Positions 45,247 through 55,140 of a stretch of DNA of 64,000 nucleotides are shown here, one piece after another. Origin of the DNA: Candidatus Collierbacteria bacterium RIFOXYD2_FULL_45_13. Lineage in GTDB: Bacteria > Patescibacteriota > Microgenomatia > UBA1400 > MFAQ01. A program made the translations under genes and the position numbers. The stretch spans positions 223,557 through 287,556 of the forward strand of contig MFAS01000001.1 of assembly GCA_001774685.1 (NCBI GenBank). The letters run 5' to 3'. Under the pieces are notes generated by a model. That model saw only the letters and a program-made list of their open reading frames with translations. It ran no database searches and was not told the origin of the DNA. How positions within the stretch are numbered: the first letter of the stretch is position 1; each line of letters begins with the position of its first letter.

Positions 45247-46104
45247 ATGTCCACCACCCGTGATTTTTACGATATTTTAGGGCTAACCAAATCTGCAACA
45301 GCCGCAGAGATTAAGTCTGCCTATAGGAAGCTCGCTCTCAAGTGGCACCCCGATCGGAACAAAGAGAAAGACGCTGCCGAAAAATTCAAAGAAATCAATG
45401 AGGCTTATGAAGTTCTAAGTAGCCCAGAAAAGAAATCAAAATACGATCAGTTTGGCCACGCCGCCTTTGGTGGAGGCACCGGCTTTAATCCACGCGGCGG
45501 TGCTTCCGGCAATCCTTTTGCCGGATATTACTCTACCGGTGGCAACATCAACTTTGAAGATCTTTTTGGGGGACAAGGCGGCTTCTCCGATCCATTTGAT
45601 ATTTTTAGTGCCTTTTTTGGTGGGGGCGCTCAGGGTAGACGCCAAGCCAAACCCCACTACTCTCTCAAGCTAGAATTTATGGATGCCGTAAGCGGTGTCG
45701 AGAAAACTATTATTCATCAAGGCAAGCAGTACACGGTGAAAGTCCCGGCCGGTGTCGACGAGGGTAATCGCATCCGCTACAACGAATTTGACGTCAGTTT
45801 TGAGATTAAGCCGAGTAAGGTCTTTAAGCGTGAGGGTAATGACGTTATCGTCAATCATGAAATCCCTTTTACTCTCGCCATTCTAGGTGGTGAAACTGTT
45901 GTACCCACTCTTGAGGGGGATCTTAAGGTCCGCATCCGCGCCGGTACTCAGCCGGAATCGGTTATCCGGCTAACCGGCAAAGGCATTAAGCATCTCCAGT
46001 CCAATCGCCATGGTGATCTCTACATCCGCTTTGTCATCAAGCTACCATCCCGCCTCTCCGGTAAGCAAAAAGACCTCCTCAAAAAATTCGAAGAGTTATC
46101 CTAG
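45247..46104 (+). CDS. dnaJ: J-domain co-chaperone (DnaJ/CbpA type, no zinc-finger domain)
   Basis: J domain with HPD (KWHPDRN) and a G/F-rich linker. The CxxCxGxG repeats are absent. The C-terminal substrate-binding domains are present. Confidence 0.8.
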   Translation: MSTTRDFYDILGLTKSATAAEIKSAYRKLALKWHPDRNKEKDAAEKFKEINEAYEVLSSPEKKSKYDQFGHAAFGGGTGFNPRGGASGNPFAGYYSTGGNINFEDLFGGQGGFSDPFDIFSAFFGGGAQGRRQAKPHYSLKLEFMDAVSGVEKTIIHQGKQYTVKVPAGVDEGNRIRYNEFDVSFEIKPSKVFKREGNDVIVNHEIPFTLAILGGETVVPTLEGDLKVRIRAGTQPESVIRLTGKGIKHLQSNRHGDLYIRFVIKLPSRLSGKQKDLLKKFEELS

Positions 46105-46177
46105 TCTTTGCCCTAGTGGCTGAGATTTTTTTTGGCAAATGCGCTATAATCACCCTAGGATTGTGGTTTTCAGGTTT

Positions 46178-46201
46178 GAGCGGCTCGGGTCGCTCTTTTT
46201 A
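46178..46201 (+). terminator. Putative terminator after dnaJ
   Basis: GAGCGGC-TCGG-GTCGCTC followed by TTTTT. Confidence 0.45.
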
Positions 46202-46258
46202 CTAAAAACCATGCCTAACTAAACACAATATCAACAAAAAATTAAGAACAACCGACCT

Positions 46259-47464
46259 ATGGATACACAAACTCTTTCTGCCCGCACCGAATTTGCCGCC
46301 GCTATCAATCAAATCTGTTCCGAACGGGGTATTTCTCCCGAGATAGTTCTAAACGCCATCAACGGAGCCCTTGTGGCTTCCTTCAAAAAAGATTACCCGG
46401 AGCAGGCTCTTAAGTTCGAAGAGGATGAGCTGGTTGTTAGTGCCGATGTCGACTCAGAAAATGGCCAATTTCGGCTTTTTGTAGGCAAGGAAGATGCCAA
46501 GAAGAAAGATCTCAAAGAGATTACTCCTCCAGGCTTTGGCCGTATTGCCGCTCAAGCTGCTAAACAAGTCATCCTCCAGACCATCAGAGAGGCCGAGCGC
46601 GAAGCAGTTCTGGCCGATTACCAGGAACACATCGGTGAAGTCATGACTGGCATGGTTCAGCGGATGGATGGTCGCAATGTCGTCATCGATCTCGGTCGTG
46701 GTCAAGCCGTCATGCCTCCGGAAGAGCAGGTTCACACCGAATTCTATCGCCTTAACTCCCGCCTCAGCGTATATCTTAAAGAAATTACCGAAACCATCAA
46801 AGGCAAGCAAATAATCGTTTCACGCGCTGACGATCGTCTTCTGGCTGGTCTTTTCCAGAGAGAAGTTCCGGAAGTTAACTCCGGTGCTGTTGTCATCAAA
46901 GCCATCGCCCGCGAACCAGGTTCCCGTTCTAAGGTAGCTGTGGAGTCAACCCAGGCTGGCGTCGATCCGGTCGGCTCTTGTGTCGGTCAAAAAGGTGTCC
47001 GTGTCCAAGCGGTTATCAACGACCTTAATAACGAAAAAATCGATATTATCCAATATGCGGAAGACAAAGATAAATTCATCAAGTCTGCTTTGGCTCCTGC
47101 AGACGGCCTTAACATTTCCTTTGACAGTCGGTCCGGCGAAACTACCGTTACGGTTCCTTCCGATCAGCTCTCTCTCGCCATCGGACGAGGTGGTCAGAAC
47201 GTCAAACTAGCTGCCAAGCTAACCGGCAGCAAACTCCGTATTGTCTCTGAGGCCGCCCCACCCGAGTCGGCCATTGTGGCAACCGGGGCGGAGGAATATG
47301 AAATAGACCAGCTTGACCTCGAGACCAAGGCCCGAAACATCTTGGTCGAAGCCGGTCTCACCCACATTGAAGATCTCACGGAAGACAAGCTGGATGCTGT
47401 CAAAGGCATTGGCCCCAAGACACTTGAGAAAATCAAGGTCCAGCTCGCCTCATACAAAAGCTAA
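46259..47464 (+). CDS. nusA: Transcription termination/antitermination factor NusA
   Basis: N-terminal domain, S1 domain (GEVMTGMVQRMDGRNVVIDLG), and two KH domains. Confidence 0.9.
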   Translation: MDTQTLSARTEFAAAINQICSERGISPEIVLNAINGALVASFKKDYPEQALKFEEDELVVSADVDSENGQFRLFVGKEDAKKKDLKEITPPGFGRIAAQAAKQVILQTIREAEREAVLADYQEHIGEVMTGMVQRMDGRNVVIDLGRGQAVMPPEEQVHTEFYRLNSRLSVYLKEITETIKGKQIIVSRADDRLLAGLFQREVPEVNSGAVVIKAIAREPGSRSKVAVESTQAGVDPVGSCVGQKGVRVQAVINDLNNEKIDIIQYAEDKDKFIKSALAPADGLNISFDSRSGETTVTVPSDQLSLAIGRGGQNVKLAAKLTGSKLRIVSEAAPPESAIVATGAEEYEIDQLDLETKARNILVEAGLTHIEDLTEDKLDAVKGIGPKTLEKIKVQLASYKS

Positions 47465-47473
47465 TTAAATCCT

Positions 47474-48883
47474 ATGCCAGAAAACATTTCGGCCACCAGA
47501 CCGCCGGTGGTTACTATTCTTGGACACGTTGATCACGGCAAAACTTCTTTACTGGATCGCATTCGCCATGCCGAAGTGGCCGCCGGGGAGATCGGAGGTA
47601 TTACTCAAGCTATTGGTGCATATCAGATCGAATACAAGGGACAAAAGATCACCTTTATCGATACCCCCGGTCACGCCGCTTTTTCCGCGATGCGTCACCG
47701 TGGCGGGCAAGCAGCCGATGTGGCCATCCTTCTTGTCGCTGCCGATGATTCCGTCATGCCTCAAACTATCGAGTCTATCGAACACATTAAGTCTGCCGGA
47801 ATTCCTTTTGTCGTCGCGGTTAACAAAGTGGATCTACCCGGTGTCCATCCCGATAGAGTCAAAACAGACCTGGCTAGTAACGGTGTCTACGTGGAAGGAT
47901 ACGGAGGTAACATTCCTTTAGTCAACATCTCAGCCAAGACCGGTGCCGGAGTCGAGGATTTGCTGGAAGTTATCCTGTTGCTGGCTGAGTTGGAAGAACT
48001 TAAGGATAACTCTTCCGAAACCCCTGCAACCGCCCTGGTTATCGAATCTTCACTTCACCCCCAAATCGGCCCTCTTGCCACCCTGCTTGTCCAAAAAGGA
48101 ACATTCAAAAAGAACGATGGTCTGTTCTTAGTTAAGAAAAATATCGGTAAGGTTAGATCCATGATCGATTACACCGGCAAGACCATTTTGCAGGCTACTC
48201 CCTCCACCCCATTTCAAGTCATCGGCCTTTCGGATGTTCTTAGTGTCGGCGACATCATCACCAACATTTCTACCTCTCTCTCTGCTTCTGTCCAGACATC
48301 TGTCCCCGACCTCGCCAATGTCTTAAATAGCGAAAAGCCAACCATTCTTCTCAAAGCAGACGTCCAAGGTTCGCTAGAGGCCATTCTGGGATCAATCAAG
48401 GATCAGGCCAACATTGTTCATGCATCTGTTGGTAATGTATCCGATACCGACATCCAAACAGCTTTATCTGCTGGTGCCGAAATCCTCGGATTTAACGTCC
48501 GCATCTCCGGCTCCGTCGCCAAACTGGCAGAAATTGAAAAGATAAGATTCACGAACTTCAGAATAATTTATCAGCTCTTTGATTATCTAAAGGAACTCCA
48601 AGAGAAACAGACAATTGCCCAAGGTCCAAAAATTATCGAGACCGGACAAGCAACTGTGCTAAAGGTCTTCAACTTTGGCGGTATCATCGTTTATGGTTGT
48701 GTTGTCACCTCAGGGAAAATTAAGATTACCGACAAAGTTCAAAACTCAAAAATTTCTTCCTTACAAGCAAATAAATCAGAAGTCTTAGAAGTCAAAAAAG
48801 ACCAAGAATTTGGCATTACTCTTGTTCCACCCATTGAATTAAAACCCGGTGATATAATGACGGCTACTACTATAGAGGCCTAA
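47474..48883 (+). CDS. infB: Translation initiation factor IF-2 (N-terminally minimal)
   Basis: G domain (VVTILGHVDHGKTSLLD, DTPGHAAF, NKVD) plus C-terminal IF2 domains. It starts directly at the G domain. Confidence 0.9.
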   Translation: MPENISATRPPVVTILGHVDHGKTSLLDRIRHAEVAAGEIGGITQAIGAYQIEYKGQKITFIDTPGHAAFSAMRHRGGQAADVAILLVAADDSVMPQTIESIEHIKSAGIPFVVAVNKVDLPGVHPDRVKTDLASNGVYVEGYGGNIPLVNISAKTGAGVEDLLEVILLLAELEELKDNSSETPATALVIESSLHPQIGPLATLLVQKGTFKKNDGLFLVKKNIGKVRSMIDYTGKTILQATPSTPFQVIGLSDVLSVGDIITNISTSLSASVQTSVPDLANVLNSEKPTILLKADVQGSLEAILGSIKDQANIVHASVGNVSDTDIQTALSAGAEILGFNVRISGSVAKLAEIEKIRFTNFRIIYQLFDYLKELQEKQTIAQGPKIIETGQATVLKVFNFGGIIVYGCVVTSGKIKITDKVQNSKISSLQANKSEVLEVKKDQEFGITLVPPIELKPGDIMTATTIEA

Positions 48884-48885
48884 TT

Positions 48886-49836
48886 ATGGAAGATCAAAAT
48901 CATTTCTCTTCTGCCAAAAAACTCCTCGACTCCGCCAATTCAATCATCATCATTCTCCCTCCGGACCCTTCTGTCGACTTAGTTTCCGCCGGACTCAGTC
49001 TCCACCTGTCACTCAAGTCATCTGGTAAAAAAAGCCAAATCGGTTGTGGCAGTGAAGTCCATGTGGCTTCAAATCTTCAAGGCGCTCATGAAATCGCCGA
49101 CAGTATCGGAGCCAGAAACCTGGTCATTTCCTTTAATTATCACGAAAACGATTTGGAAAAAGTTGATTATGATGTTCGCCCCGACGGCAAGTTTTACCTC
49201 ATGATCAAACCAAAAGCCAACTCACCGATTCCAGACGTTAGTAATGTCAAATACTCTTACTCTGGCGCTTCCGCTGATTTGGTAATATCCCTTGGTATAG
49301 GGTCACTGGAAGAACTGGGTAAAATCTATGCTGACGAGAAAAAGTTCCTAGACGAAGCCCAAATACTCAGCCTGCATACTTCTCCAAAGCCGGTTCAGTT
49401 TACCAAGAATCTTCTCCATCAAACCACTGGCTCCTACTCCGAACTCGTCTCTGTACTGTTAGAAAAGGTGGGCATTAAACCCTCTTCAGAAGCCGGGAAA
49501 AATCTACTGGGATCCATCTACGAGGAAACCAAAAACCTTACCAGCCCCCGCATGACAGCAGAGACTTTTTCGGCGATCGCCTTCCTCATGCGTCACGGAG
49601 CTCGTTTGCCTAATCAACCCGCCTTCGTTCCCAGGTTTGCTCAGCCTGCTTTCTTCGAGGCTCCTTCTACGCCGGAAGAGGATGATGTCACCGATGAGGA
49701 TCTACCCCCCGATCAGGAGGAGATCCCTCTTCCCCAGGAAGATTACTCTCTAAAAGATAGTCAGGGAAGTCTGTCCACCGATCCGGTTCCTCAAGACTGG
49801 ACCAAGCCCAAAATCTTCCGCGCCACCGACCTGTAA
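48886..49836 (+). CDS. DHH/NrnA-like protein with degenerate catalytic motifs
   Basis: Matches the NrnA pattern (IIIILPPDPSVDLVSAGLSLHL versus I..H...DGDA.GS..AL; DLVISLGIGSLEELG versus DLVI.LDC.S..R.G), but the DHH and Asp ligands are replaced. Acidic C-terminal tail. Confidence 0.4.
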   Translation: MEDQNHFSSAKKLLDSANSIIIILPPDPSVDLVSAGLSLHLSLKSSGKKSQIGCGSEVHVASNLQGAHEIADSIGARNLVISFNYHENDLEKVDYDVRPDGKFYLMIKPKANSPIPDVSNVKYSYSGASADLVISLGIGSLEELGKIYADEKKFLDEAQILSLHTSPKPVQFTKNLLHQTTGSYSELVSVLLEKVGIKPSSEAGKNLLGSIYEETKNLTSPRMTAETFSAIAFLMRHGARLPNQPAFVPRFAQPAFFEAPSTPEEDDVTDEDLPPDQEEIPLPQEDYSLKDSQGSLSTDPVPQDWTKPKIFRATDL

Positions 49837-49887
49837 TCTGGCTTTACTCCTATTTTCCATATCATTTGGCTGTAGTATTATAAAGTT

Positions 49888-50286
49888 GTGATCCACATTA
49901 AATACAAATTGGACAGGTCTCCACTTCACGGTATAGGCTTTTTTGCCAACGAAGATCTGGAAAAGGGACAGCTTGTTTATTCGGCTAGTCCCAAGCTGGA
50001 CGTCAACATTTCGGACCGTGAATATCAAAGTCTGGACAAAAAAGAACAAGATGAAGTCAAGTACTGGGGTTTTTGGGATAAAGATAACCAAGTCTGGCAT
50101 GTCGATTTCGACAATTCTCGGTTCATCAACCATTCTTATTATCCGACTGTGACACAAGATATTGACCATGGAGACGCCTATCTAGTCACCACCAGATCTG
50201 TAAAGAAAGGTGAGGAAATCACTCAGAATTACCTGGAGTTCGAGAGCTTGGATGATCTTGCAAAAAGGGGCATTTCTCTAGCTTAA
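49888..50286 (+). CDS. Small SET-domain protein (putative protein lysine methyltransferase)
   Basis: GIGFFA (GxG), RFINHSYYP (the NHSC-like pseudoknot motif), and GEEITQNY (ELxxxY). Length is 132 aa. Confidence 0.65.
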   Translation: MIHIKYKLDRSPLHGIGFFANEDLEKGQLVYSASPKLDVNISDREYQSLDKKEQDEVKYWGFWDKDNQVWHVDFDNSRFINHSYYPTVTQDIDHGDAYLVTTRSVKKGEEITQNYLEFESLDDLAKRGISLA

Positions 50287-50335
50287 GCATGCCTGTTGGC
50301 AAAACCGCCTCCTTCTGGTACAATACCAACTTGAT

Positions 50336-50623
50336 ATGGCTCTAAAACCTGACACCAAAATAGACATTATAAAGAAGTTTGCCGCCAGTCCCAAGGACAC
50401 CGGCTCTCCTCGCGTCCAGATTGCCCTTCTCACCTCTCAAATCGAAGAGCTGACCGGCCACCTCAAGGTTCACAAGAAGGACAACCACTCTCGCCGCGGT
50501 CTCCTCAAGATTATCAGCAAGCGCCGTCGTCTTCTTAACTACCTCAGTAAATCCAACCCTAAGGATTATCTCGAAATTGCTAAGTCTCTTAAAATTACTA
50601 GCCAGTTGCGCTCGGCCGACTAA
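50336..50623 (+). CDS. rpsO: 30S ribosomal protein S15
   Basis: [49 protein letters not shown] is a canonical bS15 sequence. Confidence 0.9.
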   Translation: MALKPDTKIDIIKKFAASPKDTGSPRVQIALLTSQIEELTGHLKVHKKDNHSRRGLLKIISKRRRLLNYLSKSNPKDYLEIAKSLKITSQLRSAD

Positions 50624-50720
50624 TACTTTGAGGAGTAAATAGAGAAAATCTGTTTGGTTCTTTCTGTTTTCTTCTCAAGACCCTGCGGTGGAGCGCACAT
50701 ATTTAGAAAGGAAACCGGAT

Positions 50721-52910
50721 ATGACCTATCCATCCACCACCATTGTCCTCAATGGTAAAACCATTACTATTGAAACCGGTCGCTTCGGCGCCCAAGCCTC
50801 AGGCTCTGTTACCGTTCGCTGTGGTGACACAATTGTAAACGCCGCCGTTGTTGCTTCCAAAAAAATCAAAGAAGGTATTGATTATTTTCCCCTCTCCCTG
50901 GATTACCAGGAGAAGTTTTACGCCGGAGGAGTCATTAGTTCCAGCCGTTTTATCAAACGTGAAGGTAGACCTTCCGAAAACGAAATCCTCACCGGTCGGG
51001 TGATTGATCGCTCGCTTCGCCCTCTATTTGATCAGCGTAGTCGCAACGAAGTTCAGATTATGGCTTCACCTCTTTCGATTGATGGTCAGGAAGAGCCGGA
51101 AATCTTGGCCGTGATCGCCGCTTCCGCCGCTGTCTCAATTTCTGACTATCCTTGGGCCGGCCCGGTCGGAGCCGTAAGGATTGGTATGACCCCTGACGGT
51201 CAATACATCGTGAACCCCACTTCCGACCAAAAAGTCCTTTCCCCACTTGACCTTGTCGTTTCCGGTCCTAAAGGTGGCATAAGTATGGTTGAAGCAGGTG
51301 CCAATGAGGTATCCGAAGAAAAAATGATAGGAGCTCTGAAGTTCGCCCAGGAAAATGTCGATATCATCTGTGACGCTATCGAGAAATTCGCCAAAGAAGT
51401 CGGTAAGAAAAAACGTGACCTTGTTTTCTCGGAAATTGATCCAGCGGTCACCAAGATAGTTAAAGACGAAATCAAAAACATCGATGAAATTCTAATAAAC
51501 GAAGCCAAAAAGACTGGCACTCAGATGTCCGAATACACCGCCGCCATCGCCGTTGGCCATCCAGAGATCGACCCCAATCAAATCAACGAAATCGCCGACA
51601 GCATGCTTCGAGATCTCGCTCGTGCCGGCATTCTGGAAAAAGGCCAACGTCCTGATGGCCGGGATATTGAAGAAATTAGAAAAATTAATATTGAAGTTGG
51701 TCTCCTACCTCGCACACACGGATCGGCTTTCTTCCAGCGCGGCCTAACCCACGTTCTTTCGGTCGTTACTTTAGCTTCTCCTTCACGAGAGCAGCTAATG
51801 GATGGAATGAAGGGTGAGTCCACCAAACGCTATATGCATCACTACAACATGCCGGGCTATGCTTCCGGAGAAGTAGGGCGCCCCGGTACCGGTCGCCGAG
51901 AAATCGGACACGGTGCTTTGGCTGAGAGAGCTATCTTCCCCATGTTACCCTCAACTGACGACTTCCCTTATGCCATTCGGGTTGTTTCCGAAGTCATGTC
52001 CAGTAACGGTTCTACTTCACAGGCCTCTGTTTGTGGATCAACCCTGTCACTTATGGACGCCGGGGTGCCTCTCAAGAAACCTGTTGCCGGTGTGGCCATG
52101 GGACTAGTTACGGGAGGTGATAAATATGTTACGTTGACAGATATTAGCGGTTTGGAAGACCATCTTGGAGATATGGACTTCAAGGTTGCCGGCACCGTTG
52201 ACGGTATCACCGCCCTCCAAATGGATATTAAAGTCACCGGAGTCAATGCCGACATCTTAGTCAAGGCTTTGGAGCAAGCCAAGCGCGGTCGTCTAAAACT
52301 TCTCGATATCATGAACGAAACGCTTTCAGCTCCTCGTCCAAAACTTTCTCAATACGCTCCTCGTATCATGTCTACCAAAGTTCCTCAGCTCAAGATAGGT
52401 GAAATTATTGGACCTGGTGGCAAGATGATTCGTCAGATTCAAGAAGATTTCGAGTGTGAAATTGATATTCAGGAAGATGGGACCGTTACCGTTACCGGCA
52501 AAGATCAAGCCAAAGTTGATGGGGCCATTGCCTATATCGACTCTATGGTTGCCGAAGCTGAGGTTGGCAAAACCTACGAAGGCACCGTTGTCCGTATCGA
52601 AGCCTTCGGAGCTTTCGTAAATATCATTCCAGGCAAAGACGGTCTCGTACACGTCAGCCAAGTGCACCCAGATACCTTCAGATCCATGAAGATGGGCGAC
52701 AAGGTCAAGGTCAAGTGCTACGAAATCGATTCTATGGGTAGAGTCAACCTCACCATGCTAGAAGAAGGTGAAACTCCCATAAGAGCCGAACGGCCAGCCG
52801 GTGGTTCCGGCTTCGGCGGGGGTGGTGACCGTGGCGGTAGCCGAGGAGGAGATCGTGGCGGTCGACCCGGCGGTCGTCCTTCCTTCAGCAAGTTCCGCGA
52901 CACCAGATAA
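50721..52910 (+). CDS. pnp: Polyribonucleotide nucleotidyltransferase (PNPase)
   Basis: Two RNase PH domains, KH and S1 domains, and a Gly/Arg-rich tail. I set the start at the ATG with an upstream AAAGGAA; the longest frame begins 33 nt earlier. Confidence 0.9.
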   Translation: MTYPSTTIVLNGKTITIETGRFGAQASGSVTVRCGDTIVNAAVVASKKIKEGIDYFPLSLDYQEKFYAGGVISSSRFIKREGRPSENEILTGRVIDRSLRPLFDQRSRNEVQIMASPLSIDGQEEPEILAVIAASAAVSISDYPWAGPVGAVRIGMTPDGQYIVNPTSDQKVLSPLDLVVSGPKGGISMVEAGANEVSEEKMIGALKFAQENVDIICDAIEKFAKEVGKKKRDLVFSEIDPAVTKIVKDEIKNIDEILINEAKKTGTQMSEYTAAIAVGHPEIDPNQINEIADSMLRDLARAGILEKGQRPDGRDIEEIRKINIEVGLLPRTHGSAFFQRGLTHVLSVVTLASPSREQLMDGMKGESTKRYMHHYNMPGYASGEVGRPGTGRREIGHGALAERAIFPMLPSTDDFPYAIRVVSEVMSSNGSTSQASVCGSTLSLMDAGVPLKKPVAGVAMGLVTGGDKYVTLTDISGLEDHLGDMDFKVAGTVDGITALQMDIKVTGVNADILVKALEQAKRGRLKLLDIMNETLSAPRPKLSQYAPRIMSTKVPQLKIGEIIGPGGKMIRQIQEDFECEIDIQEDGTVTVTGKDQAKVDGAIAYIDSMVAEAEVGKTYEGTVVRIEAFGAFVNIIPGKDGLVHVSQVHPDTFRSMKMGDKVKVKCYEIDSMGRVNLTMLEEGETPIRAERPAGGSGFGGGGDRGGSRGGDRGGRPGGRPSFSKFRDTR

Positions 52911-52953
52911 ATCTGATAGAATACCCTCATCTCAGCCCTTTAAAGGAGAAGCG

Positions 52954-53391
52954 ATGAAAATCCGTCAGGTGTTATTTTCTTTTGTCTTTATCATTCTGGC
53001 TGTTAGTCTTGAATGGTGGCTTTTCCGTACAATCACCACTTATGGTACGACAGTTCATATAGATGTCGACTATGGGGATATCGTCACCATTTCTGGAGTC
53101 GACACGGTCTCGGTCTCTGCCACAGATGATAGCTATTTTCGTATTTACGCCGGTGAAATGCGTCTGCTTGCCGAGCCTGATGACCAAGACCAATTTTCGG
53201 CTTCAGCCAGTCAATTCCCGGCCAGTAATTGGGAAATTAGAGATGGTCAACAGGTAGATGTTACTCTGAATTCGGACCACCTTATGGTTGTCAAAATCGG
53301 ACAATCGCTTGAATCCAAGATCATTGGGGCTACTCTTCTTACTATAGTTCTGTTTTTGCTGTGGTTGCTTGTAATTCTTCTCATGTCATAA
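52954..53391 (+). CDS. Hypothetical protein with an N-terminal and a C-terminal TM helix
   Basis: AAGGAG RBS 7 nt upstream of the ATG. A terminator follows the gene. Confidence 0.4.
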   Translation: MKIRQVLFSFVFIILAVSLEWWLFRTITTYGTTVHIDVDYGDIVTISGVDTVSVSATDDSYFRIYAGEMRLLAEPDDQDQFSASASQFPASNWEIRDGQQVDVTLNSDHLMVVKIGQSLESKIIGATLLTIVLFLLWLLVILLMS

Positions 53392-53401
53392 CCTCCTCTC
53401 T

Positions 53402-53428
53402 CCCCCGCTATCAGCGGGGGCTTTTTGA
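53402..53428 (+). terminator. Intrinsic terminator
   Basis: CCCCCGC-TATCA-GCGGGGG followed by CTTTTT. Confidence 0.6.
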
Positions 53429-53442
53429 TAGAATGAATCCAG

Positions 53443-54516
53443 ATGGATATTTCTGCCCCAACTTCAGATGCCAACTCGGTCGCGAGACGTGATCTTGACC
53501 TTCTAAACAAAAAACTTGAAGGTGTCGAGATGCCCCCGGAACTAAAAGAGAAAGCCCTTGATATGGTCGCCCGTTTGGAGCGTATGTTTACCCAAGGATT
53601 CTATTCTGAAGAGTTTGAAAAAGTTTCTCATTATATTGACTGGATCATCAAGGTTCCTTGGGTCAAGAGGGTTGATCGACCCATCGACCTGGTGACTATC
53701 AAAGACACCATGGACAAGAGCCACTACGGCATGGATTCTGTCAAAGAAAGAATTATCGAGTACATGTCGGTTCTCAAACTTCGCGCCAGCCGCAATCTTG
53801 GAGCCGCCCGTGCCCCCATCATTTGTCTGGTCGGTCTTGTGGGTACCGGTAAAACTACTTTTGCTTATGCACTTTCTGAAGCATTGGGCCGACCGATCGC
53901 CCGTATTCCATTCGGAGGTTTGGGGTCTGCGAGAGATCTACGTGGTGAATCTCGTTTACATATCGAAGCCGAACCCGGTTATGTCGCTCGAGCTCTTTGT
54001 GACTCCGGCGTTAAAAATCCTATTATCCTTCTCGATGAAATCGACCGTGTCACCGAAGAGGCTCGTATGGATATTATGGGTGTATTGGTAGAGCTACTTG
54101 ACCCCAGTCAAAACAATCGCTTCTTGGATCACTTTATCGATTATCCTGTCGATCTTTCTGAGGTTATGTTTATCGCGACGGCCAACAACACCGGCAATCT
54201 GGCTACCGCTGTCATGGATCGTCTTGAACCTATCATGATGCCTTCCTATACGGACGAAGAAAAGATGCACATCGCCCAAAGCTACTTATTCCCCAAAGCC
54301 CTCGAAGCCGCCGGCATGGATCCGGCTACTATCACCATCGATCCCACGCTCTGGCCCACTATCATCCGCCCGCTAGGTTACGACGCCGGTATCCGTACCC
54401 TCAACCGTACTATCGAGGGGGTCGTGCGCAAAGTAGCCATGATGGTCGTCACTGGTCAAGCCAAAACCGTCTACTTAACGCCTGACAACATCAAGTCCTT
54501 CCTGCCTAAGTGGTAG
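53443..54516 (+). CDS. Lon-type AAA+ ATPase module only (no LON N-domain, no protease domain)
   Basis: Aligns with the LonA long-helix region (YIDWIIKVPW...HYGMDSVKERIIEY), Walker A (GLVGTGKTT), Walker B (ILLDEIDR), sensor motifs (FIATANN), and the alpha-helical lid. The gene ends where the Ser-Lys protease domain would begin. Confidence 0.75.
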   Translation: MDISAPTSDANSVARRDLDLLNKKLEGVEMPPELKEKALDMVARLERMFTQGFYSEEFEKVSHYIDWIIKVPWVKRVDRPIDLVTIKDTMDKSHYGMDSVKERIIEYMSVLKLRASRNLGAARAPIICLVGLVGTGKTTFAYALSEALGRPIARIPFGGLGSARDLRGESRLHIEAEPGYVARALCDSGVKNPIILLDEIDRVTEEARMDIMGVLVELLDPSQNNRFLDHFIDYPVDLSEVMFIATANNTGNLATAVMDRLEPIMMPSYTDEEKMHIAQSYLFPKALEAAGMDPATITIDPTLWPTIIRPLGYDAGIRTLNRTIEGVVRKVAMMVVTGQAKTVYLTPDNIKSFLPKW

Positions 54517-54595
54517 CCTGAGGGCTTGACTCTGACCCTATAATATAGTAAGATATCCAAAACTTTCAAGTCGTGTACCTTAAACGGAGGCAATA

Positions 54596-55108
54596 ATGAA
54601 ACTAGGTCTAAAGCTATTTCTCTTGTTAGTCGGCGTATTCATGAGCGCTGTCCTCGTATCTCTGTGGCTTTTAAACGCCAATCCGAGATTCGATGTCCCG
54701 CTTCAAGCTCCCGATAGCTATTTCCTGATCAATCGGATGGGGCAACGTGGGGAGGCTTACAAAATCTACCCTGAAGGATGGAGTTCGGCGAACTATGATC
54801 TCATAGTTCCGTTTCTCAAAAACAACAATCTTTTCGACGGTGAAGGAGAAGTCATCGTTTTTGACAAGGAACTCGTCGGTTGCTCCGGAAGCTACACCGT
54901 TGCCATTGCTTCCAAATGGCTTGAAGTACCTCTGTTTACTCAGTTGCAGATCTCCCCTGGGGAGTTCCCCCACGCGGTTTCCTACATCCGGCCCATGGAC
55001 TTCTACTACGCCGAAGGTTCATCGCAGGAATATCAGATTGAGATCCAGCGCGAGATTTTACCAGACGGCTTCAATTGTTCCGAAGCCACCGTCTTCTTGT
55101 TAAAGTGA
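54596..55108 (+). CDS. Hypothetical secreted or membrane-anchored protein
   Basis: Signal/anchor helix. GGAGG RBS. Confidence 0.4.
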   Translation: MKLGLKLFLLLVGVFMSAVLVSLWLLNANPRFDVPLQAPDSYFLINRMGQRGEAYKIYPEGWSSANYDLIVPFLKNNNLFDGEGEVIVFDKELVGCSGSYTVAIASKWLEVPLFTQLQISPGEFPHAVSYIRPMDFYYAEGSSQEYQIEIQREILPDGFNCSEATVFLLK

Positions 55109-55112
55109 TTCC

Positions 55113-55140
55113 AAAAGCCTTCCACCTGGAGGGCTTTTTA
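55113..55140. terminator. Bidirectional terminator between convergent genes
   Basis: AAAAGCCTTCCA-CC-TGGAGGGCTTTTT near-perfect palindrome flanked by A and T runs. Confidence 0.5.

Noticed and set aside
54516-54600. Possibility that the Lon-like gene is a frameshifted full-length lon
   Set aside because: No frame in the 80-bp spacer or the downstream ORF encodes Lon protease-domain motifs. The spacer has a promoter-like TATAAT and an RBS for the next gene. Only read-level data could settle this.
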